From a virus, in IMG/VR virus record IMGVR_UViG_3300029915_000005: 64,000 bases of DNA. One strand, written 5' to 3'. Both the position numbers and the translations under genes were made by a program. The notes under the pieces are model-generated. The model made no database searches, was not told where the DNA came from, and saw nothing but the letters and a program-made list of their open reading frames with translations. Shown here in pieces: positions 50,756 through 57,974 of this stretch. Every line of letters starts with the position of its first letter. Positions within the stretch are counted from its first letter, which is position 1.

Positions 50756-50997
50756 TATCTGGCCAACTTTATCATAAGCAATATATATTGAATTGTCATT
50801 TTTGGGTAACGCATTTCTAACATTGCTTCATTTATAAGCAATGTTAGAAATGCTTTAGTACATTCTGGATGTGCTAGAATTAGTTCTCTGCAAATTTTGA
50901 TATTTTCAATAAGTGTGGCATCTGAAAAAGAACCTGGTAAGATTAGTGGAAGAAACTCTTTCAAAACTGTCTTCTTCGTTTTGTCTGATATTTTCAT
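50755..50997 (-). CDS. Small hypothetical early protein
   Basis: Ends LLMIKLAR. Confidence 0.6.
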   Translation of the reverse strand: MKISDKTKKTVLKEFLPLILPGSFSDATLIENIKICRELILAHPECTKAFLTLLINEAMLEMRYPKMTIQYILLMIKLAR

Positions 50998-51200
50998 TAT
51001 GACTCCAATTTTATTATTAGTCGAATATCTTCTGGTGACATATCTGGGTATCTCTCAAATAAAATTTGAGCAAGCATGAACATATTTCGCCCAAAGATAT
51101 AGGAACCAACGTCTGAATGTTCACGTTCAGACGCAAATTCGCTAAGTAATCTGTCAATTAGGTCCAAGCACCAATAACTTTCATAATTCTCAGTATTCAT
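50997..51200 (-). CDS. Small hypothetical early protein
   Basis: Ends LIIKLES. Confidence 0.6.
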   Translation of the reverse strand: MNTENYESYWCLDLIDRLLSEFASEREHSDVGSYIFGRNMFMLAQILFERYPDMSPEDIRLIIKLES

Positions 51201-51208
51201 TAAACCAG

Positions 51209-51547
51209 CTATTTCTTAGTAGATGCCAGATTCAATTCAGGATCAAACGTTTTGATAAGTTCAACTTCAAGAGCATGAGCAGCAGCCCTATCGCGAACAG
51301 TTTCAAGAATGAAAATTTTAGCACATTCAATTCCATGCTGTCTTAATGCAATATACAACGGCCAAGACTTGTTTTCGTTTCTGGCACGTTCAGAGTGCTT
51401 TTGAAAACGAATTTTTACGCTTTTCAGCATAGTGCTTTGCGTCTTTGCAGTGATTCCAATGTATGATTGACCAGCGATAACGATTTCATAAATCGCATGA
51501 AGTCGATCACAGCGTTTCTTTCTCGATTTGGTCTTGTTTTCCATCAC
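51209..51547 (-). CDS. Small GIY-YIG domain protein
   Basis: AIYEI...SYIGIT...R...E...LN. Confidence 0.65.
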   Translation of the reverse strand: MMENKTKSRKKRCDRLHAIYEIVIAGQSYIGITAKTQSTMLKSVKIRFQKHSERARNENKSWPLYIALRQHGIECAKIFILETVRDRAAAHALEVELIKTFDPELNLASTKK

Positions 51548-51554
51548 TATTAAG

Positions 51555-51583
51555 ATGATAGCAAACTTTTGAGTCTATGTCAA
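51555..51583 (-). promoter_or_regulatory. Sigma70-like early promoter
   Basis: TTGACA-17-TATCAT. Confidence 0.75.
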
Positions 51584-51831
51584 CCTAAATTAATCATTTC
51601 AAGCTTTATTGGCTGAATTTTTAGATGATATGCAGTTGGAAAGCTTAAAATTGAATTTTTAAGTTGTTGATTCTAAAGAGCAAAAATTGTATAAATTGCC
51701 CTATAAACCGCTCTAAGCCTTTTGGTTATGTCCAAGTGCTAGAAAGCAAAGAGAATCGCTGTATAGAGCATTTTAAGTGCTTTGTTTTGATATATTTATA
51801 AAATACTCATTCTAAAGAACTTATTTTCTTA

Positions 51832-51860
51832 TTGACAAATAAATTTATTTAGGATATTCT
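51832..51860 (+). promoter_or_regulatory. Sigma70-like early promoter
   Basis: TTGACA-17-TATTCT. Confidence 0.75.
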
Positions 51861-51866
51861 TTATAT

Positions 51867-52568
51867 ATGAATGAAAAAGCACAACTGGCTGCTGTTCAAC
51901 AAAATGGTCGTGCAATTGAATACATCGACAATCCAAGCGAAGCTGTGCAACTGGCTGCTGTTCAACAAAATGGTTGTGCAATTTACCACATCAGCAAGCC
52001 AAGCGAAGCTGTGCAACTGGCTGCTGTTCAAGAAGATGGTTGTGCAATTGAATACATCAGCAAGCCAAGCGAAGCTGTGCAACTGGCTGCTGTTCAAGAA
52101 GATGGTTATGCAATTCAATTCATCAGCAATCCAAGCGAAGCTATGCAAATGGCTGCTGTTCAACAAAATGGTTATGCAATTCAATTCATCAGCAATCCAA
52201 GCGAAGCTGTGCAACTGGCTGCTGTTCAAGAAGATGGTTGTGCAATTCAATTCATCAGCAATCCAAGCGAAGCTGTGCAAATGGCTGCTGTTCAAGAAAA
52301 TGGTTATGCAATTCAATTCATCAGCAATCCAAGCGAAGCTGTGCAACTGGCTGCTGTTCAAGAAGATGGTTGTGCAATTCAATTCATCAGCAATCCAAGC
52401 GAAGCTGTGCAAATGGCTGCTGTTCAAGAAAATGGTTATGCAATTCAATTCATCAGCAATCCAAGCGAAGCTGTGCAACTGGCTGCTGTTCAACAAAATG
52501 GTTGTGCAATTAAATTCATAAAAAATCCAACAATTAATGTCAAATTAGTGGCTAAATTGCTGTCTTAA
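51867..52568 (+). CDS. Tandem 22-aa helical repeat protein (DUF4116-like)
   Basis: Ten copies of AVQ(L/M)AAVQ(Q/E)(N/D)G(C/Y)AIxxIxxPSE. Confidence 0.8.
   Translation: MNEKAQLAAVQQNGRAIEYIDNPSEAVQLAAVQQNGCAIYHISKPSEAVQLAAVQEDGCAIEYISKPSEAVQLAAVQEDGYAIQFISNPSEAMQMAAVQQNGYAIQFISNPSEAVQLAAVQEDGCAIQFISNPSEAVQMAAVQENGYAIQFISNPSEAVQLAAVQEDGCAIQFISNPSEAVQMAAVQENGYAIQFISNPSEAVQLAAVQQNGCAIKFIKNPTINVKLVAKLLS
51880..52530 (+). repeat. 66-bp coding tandem repeat, about 10 units
   Basis: Near-identical contiguous units with no spacers. Confidence 0.9.
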
Positions 52569-52598
52569 AATATTCAAAACAAAGCATTTATTTTCTTA

Positions 52599-52627
52599 TT
52601 GACAATCAACCCAAAGTTTGATAATAT
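52599..52627 (+). promoter_or_regulatory. Sigma70-like early promoter
   Basis: TTGACA-17-TAATAT. Confidence 0.75.
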
Positions 52628-52633
52628 CTTTAT

Positions 52634-52864
52634 ATGACGAAAACTGAGACTGAAATTCTGAATGAGATAAAAGATCGTGGATATTCTATTATCGAGCATG
52701 GTCATGGATTTTTGCGTCATTCTACATATGGAACTCGACGCATTAATGCTCGTAACAAACTCATTCATAAAGGGTTAGTAAAGATCGATATTAGAGGAAC
52801 TGAAAAAGATTCTGAACATGGCCGATCATCCATTTCATATTGGTCAAGAATAATTTCAATTTAA
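52634..52864 (+). CDS. Hypothetical early protein
   Basis: ORF directly after promoter. Confidence 0.6.
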   Translation: MTKTETEILNEIKDRGYSIIEHGHGFLRHSTYGTRRINARNKLIHKGLVKIDIRGTEKDSEHGRSSISYWSRIISI

Positions 52865-52865
52865 C

Positions 52866-52894
52866 TTGACATTTAATCCAAAGTTTGGTATTCT
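52866..52894 (+). promoter_or_regulatory. Sigma70-like early promoter
   Basis: TTGACA-17-TATTCT. Confidence 0.75.
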
Positions 52895-52921
52895 ATCTTT
52901 GTTGGACAAGAAAGAGAGCAA

Positions 52922-53356
52922 ATGAACTCATTCACTCGCACGAATCTGGCTGTTCTTCGCAACGATCTGAATACAGCCATTGCGACTGTTGCTGCAAAGC
53001 ATGGTCTGATTATCTCGCTCGGTAATTGTCGCTTTACCAATACTGAAGCGCATTTCACAAAGCTGTCAATGATTACGAAGACTCTCCCAAATTCTGCTGT
53101 TGTAAATCCGTCTGCTGGATTTGGCAATGGTAGTGATCCATACAATACAGTTGAAAGCCGCGAGTATTTGCATTTGGCTTATATGTTTAATCTTCCAAAA
53201 AATGGACTTGGCTGCAAGTTTCGCGCTGGCACCACTACATATACTGTGATTGGTCTAAAGGCATCTCGCCGCAAGTATCCGGTGCTCGGTGTTGGTCCTG
53301 CTGGTGGCCGCTACAAGTTTGCTGCTGATACTGTTCGGCGCGGATTGGTGGTTTAA
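52922..53356 (+). CDS. Hypothetical early protein
   Basis: Follows promoter; GLKASRRKYPV motif. Confidence 0.65.
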   Translation: MNSFTRTNLAVLRNDLNTAIATVAAKHGLIISLGNCRFTNTEAHFTKLSMITKTLPNSAVVNPSAGFGNGSDPYNTVESREYLHLAYMFNLPKNGLGCKFRAGTTTYTVIGLKASRRKYPVLGVGPAGGRYKFAADTVRRGLVV

Positions 53357-53358
53357 TT

Positions 53359-53589
53359 ATGATCAATAATCTTGGACATATTAACATCGATCAATTCATT
53401 ACTGATCTCACTGTTATTGATATTAAGGGAAATGCCGAAGTGCGCGACCTTCTTAAAGATGCCGTTCGTGATATTTTTGGAATCGCTGCTATTTTGGCTA
53501 CTGATAACAGAAAGAGCAATCGTCAGTTGATTAATTTGGAAGCAACCAGCGTGATTTTCAAGATGAATACTATCAAAGAGTTGATTTAA
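53359..53589 (+). CDS. Hypothetical protein
   Basis: Coupled ORF. Confidence 0.5.
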   Translation: MINNLGHINIDQFITDLTVIDIKGNAEVRDLLKDAVRDIFGIAAILATDNRKSNRQLINLEATSVIFKMNTIKELI

Positions 53590-53677
53590 TCATGAAAATG
53601 ATTGACGTTTAAAAGAATTTGTTGATCATAATTGTGATCTAACGGCTAAAGAAGTTGAAATTGAGAAAGGCAAATCA

Positions 53678-53779
53678 ATGATTGAGTATTGTTTGGTAGC
53701 TTATACATTTTTGTTTATGACATTTCTTACAGTTGCCCAGATTCGTTTTCGTCGTGCAATGGCAAGAATTGCAAAGTAA
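53678..53779 (+). CDS. 33-aa membrane peptide (not in ORF track)
   Basis: MIEYCLVAYTFLFMTFLTVAQIRFRRAMARIAK after GAAAGG and a TTGACG...CATAAT promoter-like site. Confidence 0.4.
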   Translation: MIEYCLVAYTFLFMTFLTVAQIRFRRAMARIAK

Positions 53780-53849
53780 TGTAAAATGAATTGCATCGTC
53801 GTTGCTCAGAGTGTAAGTTTTAGATAATCTGAATTGAAGGAGTAATAAA

Positions 53850-54140
53850 ATGCTATGGGTTATTAAACAAAGAAGTGATTATCTTACTCTTCGTAGTGAT
53901 TTAATAACAATACATCGAAAAGAATCTCATCGCTCTTGCGGAGATGAAGTAGCAAATGCATTTAATTCAATGGTTTGTAAAACTGTTAATCAGTTGGATT
54001 CCATTTTTGGAGTTGGATATATACAAAAATATTGCACAGAACCAGAGTCAATGTATATATCAGAAAAAAATATTTCCAGAGCGAATAGAATTTTGAAGAG
54101 ATTGGAGCACGAATACTTGATTAAAAAATTAGCAGAATAA
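53850..54140 (+). CDS. Small hypothetical protein
   Basis: SD AGGAG; ends YLIKKLAE. Confidence 0.65.
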   Translation: MLWVIKQRSDYLTLRSDLITIHRKESHRSCGDEVANAFNSMVCKTVNQLDSIFGVGYIQKYCTEPESMYISEKNISRANRILKRLEHEYLIKKLAE

Positions 54141-54148
54141 AGGAAATT

Positions 54149-54334
54149 ATGACACTTGACGCAGTAATTGAAAATTTAAACCATACTATTGATGGAAAAT
54201 TGAAATTGCATAAAGAATTGGTTTCAGCAAATAGTGCTATTTCTAATGTTGTTGCAAAGTTTTTGGAAATCAATATTTGGGAACTAAAAACAATTCTTGG
54301 AGATTTAAATACTTTAAAAGAGGAGAAGCAATGA
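54149..54334 (+). CDS. Small hypothetical protein
   Basis: SD AAGGA, coupled to next ORF. Confidence 0.55.
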   Translation: MTLDAVIENLNHTIDGKLKLHKELVSANSAISNVVAKFLEINIWELKTILGDLNTLKEEKQ

Positions 54335-54705
54335 GTACAAGATCAGCAATCATTCGTCAAACAGAAGATGGCACATATGAAGGAATCTACTGTCACTTTG
54401 ACGGTTATTTGGAAGGAGTTGGTGCGACTCTGAAAGAGTATTATATTAATCCCAAGAAAGTTGCATTTCTAATGGCACTTGGAGATTTATCATCTCTTGC
54501 AGAGAATGTTATGCCAACAAGATTCCATTCACTTGATAATCCAGAAAAAGGAGTTACTGTTGCGTATATGCGTGATCTCGGAGAAACTGATTGTGAGAAG
54601 AAAATTGGAAAGACGATCAAATCAGTTGCAAAACAAATTGAAAATAATGGTTATGTTTATGTATTCAAAGATGGAATTTGGAAGTGCAATGGAAAGAAAT
54701 TTTAA
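54331..54705 (+). CDS. Phage hypothetical protein of the MSTRS...YCHxDGY type
   Basis: ATG after GAGGAG; IYCHFDGY motif. Confidence 0.7.
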   Translation: MSTRSAIIRQTEDGTYEGIYCHFDGYLEGVGATLKEYYINPKKVAFLMALGDLSSLAENVMPTRFHSLDNPEKGVTVAYMRDLGETDCEKKIGKTIKSVAKQIENNGYVYVFKDGIWKCNGKKF

Positions 54706-54784
54706 CGTTGACTGATTAAAATGGCCAGAAATTCTCTGACCATTTTTTGAATTAGCCTGAACCCAATATTGAAAGAGAAGGAAT

Positions 54785-55255
54785 ATGAGCACGTACAGAG
54801 AACTCATCGCACAGCGCTTGAACATCGAGAACGAGTGCTTCAAACTTTCCAAGGAAGCATTCAACAAGCTTCAGGACGCTCGTGTTATCCATGACGAAAA
54901 CTGGAGACCGGATTTTGACTGGAGGTTTCCAGATGAAGACACTGAGGATCGGCTCAACCCGGCTCAAGGGTACAAGTTTCACGAGGACGAGGTTACAACC
55001 AATGGAATCTGCCTCAATGGGTATAAGTACGTTGGTGGTGGGGAGAACTACTATGTCAGTATCGTCGTCCCTTTCGACTGTATCGACAACCTTGATTTAT
55101 TCATTGAAGAGCGGCGTGTCTTTTACGCAGCCAAAGCGAAGAAACACAGGGAAGCCCGTCAGGCGTATCTCGCTGCACAGAAGATTGAACAAGCAGAGCA
55201 TGACCGCTTGATGTATGAACGTCTGAAAACTCAGTTTGAAGGAGCTGCACAATGA
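54785..55255 (+). CDS. Hypothetical protein in GC-richer cassette
   Basis: SD AAGGA; ends YERLKTQFEGAAQ. Confidence 0.65.
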   Translation: MSTYRELIAQRLNIENECFKLSKEAFNKLQDARVIHDENWRPDFDWRFPDEDTEDRLNPAQGYKFHEDEVTTNGICLNGYKYVGGGENYYVSIVVPFDCIDNLDLFIEERRVFYAAKAKKHREARQAYLAAQKIEQAEHDRLMYERLKTQFEGAAQ

Positions 55256-55707
55256 ACTACACAATTCTTGCATACAAACCAGACTCTGACGACTACTGCA
55301 TGGGGTGTGTCAGGGCCAGATACTCTGCTGACTTTGAATATCGCTGCACTGAAAGTCGAGAAGAGGCTGTCAAATTCATCATTGAAAAGTTGAAGGCTAA
55401 TAAGAAAATGGAGTTCAATGAATCAGGATACGAAATAACCATCCTCATCAATGGCAAGGAAGTCGATTCAGGCACATGGCTTGATGAAACTGAAACGTGG
55501 GATTATTCAGATAAGGAGACCGCCCAATCGATGATGCAGGAGGCTGAAGCGATGCTTGGGAGTGAAGAAGCAGATGCTAAGGCAAAAGCTGAGGCCGCTG
55601 AGGAGGCTCAGAAGGCCGCTGACAAGGTTCGTAAGGCGCAGGAGAAGGAAGAGAACGACGCGAAAGAGTACGAACGTCTCAAAGCAAAATTTGAAATGAA
55701 AGGATAA
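55252..55707 (+). CDS. Hypothetical protein in GC-richer cassette
   Basis: ATGA coupling; ends YERLKAKFEMKG. Confidence 0.65.
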   Translation: MNYTILAYKPDSDDYCMGCVRARYSADFEYRCTESREEAVKFIIEKLKANKKMEFNESGYEITILINGKEVDSGTWLDETETWDYSDKETAQSMMQEAEAMLGSEEADAKAKAEAAEEAQKAADKVRKAQEKEENDAKEYERLKAKFEMKG

Positions 55708-55907
55708 CTATGTTGATTGCTATCGCATTCGTTGTGTTATTCGTGACTTGTTTGAGAGAAGAGGCACACAGTAATAAAAAACAAAGAACTGATTCGACTG
55801 TTGCTTGAAGAATACCCTAGTGGGAAGACTGGGAAACCGTGCCATCTTCTGGGATGATTAAATTAAAATAGCCAGATAATTTCTGGCCATTTTTGCATTG
55901 GAGAAAT

Positions 55908-56225
55908 ATGATTGAATTGCCATATATGAAAAGCAGAGAATGGCTGAAAAGACAATGTGAAAATTTTTCGTCATTAGTTACAACAGATTTGTATGCTGGT
56001 ATGCCAGCATACAAACTTCACAGATACATATTAATTAGAGGAATTCTCTTTAATATAGAAACTGACATTAATCAGTGGCAACGATTGGATCGTTGTCGTC
56101 GGAACCAAACAACTGGAATTTTTTTAAAAGGAAAAGCAGCGGTCCATCGTCGTCATACTAACAAACTAAATAAACGTATTAATAAATTATATAATATTCT
56201 GTTGATTGATAAATTATCGATATGA
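55908..56225 (+). CDS. Small hypothetical protein
   Basis: ATG after GGAG; ends LLIDKLSI. Confidence 0.6.
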   Translation: MIELPYMKSREWLKRQCENFSSLVTTDLYAGMPAYKLHRYILIRGILFNIETDINQWQRLDRCRRNQTTGIFLKGKAAVHRRHTNKLNKRINKLYNILLIDKLSI

Positions 56226-56473
56226 CAAAAAATGAATTACATATATACGAGTTGAGCGAATGGCCAAAAAAATATAAAGTCATTATTAATTTAATATGTC
56301 CAATTATTGGATATTGGCTGCACCTAAATAACGAAATTAATTTAAAATTAAATGAAATTACTATAGATGTTGATAATGCTGTGCAAATTGGAAGAATATT
56401 TGCATCAAATGAAATTAATGAAAAGATAGATAATCTTTTTACTCTAATTATGATAGCAAAGTTTATAGAATGA
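56222..56473 (+). CDS. Small hypothetical protein
   Basis: Coupled; ends IMIAKFIE. Confidence 0.6.
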   Translation: MTKNELHIYELSEWPKKYKVIINLICPIIGYWLHLNNEINLKLNEITIDVDNAVQIGRIFASNEINEKIDNLFTLIMIAKFIE

Positions 56474-56748
56474 AAAATTCATATCAAGAATTAGAAAAAC
56501 GATATAAATTATTGATGGGTTATATTCACGAATATTATATAAAATGTGATTATACTTATCCTTACATTATTTCTCTAGAAGAAGATGCATTTCTTAATAA
56601 TGAATATAAATTATATAATTATTATTATTTCTTTATAAAAACAGTTAACGATATGCACTCTCACACCCGAAAAATTAAATATAAACAGATAGTTAACTTA
56701 ATGACTGAAATAGAAAATTATTTGTTAGAATGGAGATTATCATCATGA
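56470..56748 (+). CDS. Small hypothetical protein
   Basis: Coupled; ends LLEWRLSS. Confidence 0.6.
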   Translation: MKNSYQELEKRYKLLMGYIHEYYIKCDYTYPYIISLEEDAFLNNEYKLYNYYYFFIKTVNDMHSHTRKIKYKQIVNLMTEIENYLLEWRLSS

Positions 56749-57002
56749 CTATTTCTCAAAGATATAAATTTTTATATACACAAATTAGAAAAATAAGTAA
56801 TGCATATAATTTTCTTATTAAAGATGTAGAATTTCAAGAAATTTTAGATATATTGTCTGACTTGAAAAGAAGCATTTATAATTAGGACAACGGATATTAT
56901 CACTATTTAAGCGCAAAAGAACAATATGATTATCAGGAAGTATTAATTAATAAATTGGATGATTTAGAAAATAAAATTCTACTTTTTAAGTTGGCTCGAT
57001 GA
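56745..57002 (+). pseudogene. Small ORF interrupted by in-frame TAG
   Basis: MTISQRYKFLY...SIYN*DNGYY...KILLFKLAR; TAG at 56883-56885. Confidence 0.6.
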
Positions 57003-57071
57003 GAGATTTATTTGAACGATATAAATATAACGAAAGAGACTATTATCTCTCTTTCGTTATATAAGGAAAAA

Positions 57072-57974
57072 ATGAAGATATATGTGTTGGGCTGTGCTGG
57101 AATGCTTGGGAATGCTTTATATAAATATTTTACAAACAAACAGAATTATGTTTTTGCAACAGATATTAATTTAATTGATAAATGGCTTTATTATAGAGAT
57201 GTCAAAGATTATGAAGGAATGCTCCGAGATGTAACTATATTTAAGCCTAATGTGATTATTAATCTTGCTGCAATGACTGACTTAGAAGAATGCGAACTTA
57301 ATGCTAGAGAATCTATGGAAGTAAATGCTATTGGCTCTGCTAATTGTGCAGCTTTAGCAAGACTTCAAAATGTTCCATATGTTTACATAAGTACTGCTGG
57401 AATATTTGATGGTTCACAAGAAGAGTATTCAGAAGAAGATATTCCCAACCCTCTTAGTTGGTATGCAAAGTCTAAATATCAAGGTGAACTTTTTGCTGAA
57501 ACTGCTCCAAAGCATATTATATTACGTTGCGGTTGGCAAATGGGAGGATGTAATGCAGACAAAAAATTTATTTATAAAATTATGAAGCAATTAAAATCTG
57601 GAGTTACAGAATTAAATGTAGTGCAAGATAAATTAGGAAGCCCAACATATACCATAGATTTTACAAAACAAATTGAAAAAATGCTCCAAACAAAATCATA
57701 TGGAATATGGAATGCTGTTTGCCAAGGAAATGCAAGTAGATACGATGTTGCTATTGAATTAATAAAATTACTTAATTTAGAAAATACCATTAAAGTAAAC
57801 ATAGTTGCATCTGATTTTTTTTCTGAGACATTTTTTGCTCCCAGACCAGCGAGTGAAAAATTAATAACAAATAAAATTAAAAATTCAGGATTATATGTAA
57901 TGAGACACTGGAAAGAATGTCTTAAAGATTATATTACAAATAATCCAGATTACTTTACATTGGATGAAAAATAA
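57072..57974 (+). CDS. rmlD: dTDP-4-dehydrorhamnose reductase-like SDR
   Basis: GCAGMLG, INLAAMT, YISTAGIFDG, YAKSK, GSPTY. Confidence 0.85.
   Translation: MKIYVLGCAGMLGNALYKYFTNKQNYVFATDINLIDKWLYYRDVKDYEGMLRDVTIFKPNVIINLAAMTDLEECELNARESMEVNAIGSANCAALARLQNVPYVYISTAGIFDGSQEEYSEEDIPNPLSWYAKSKYQGELFAETAPKHIILRCGWQMGGCNADKKFIYKIMKQLKSGVTELNVVQDKLGSPTYTIDFTKQIEKMLQTKSYGIWNAVCQGNASRYDVAIELIKLLNLENTIKVNIVASDFFSETFFAPRPASEKLITNKIKNSGLYVMRHWKECLKDYITNNPDYFTLDEK

Noticed and set aside
51584-51831. Replication origin in the divergent intergenic gap
   Set aside because: AT-rich but no iterons or other positive evidence visible
51861-52521. Overlapping ORFs 51861-52496 (-), 51871-52521 (+), 52238-52513 (+)
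   Set aside because: Open only because the repeat unit lacks stops; the promoter points to 51867
51880-52530. Possible CRISPR array
   Set aside because: Units are contiguous 66-bp coding repeats with no unique spacers and no cas genes
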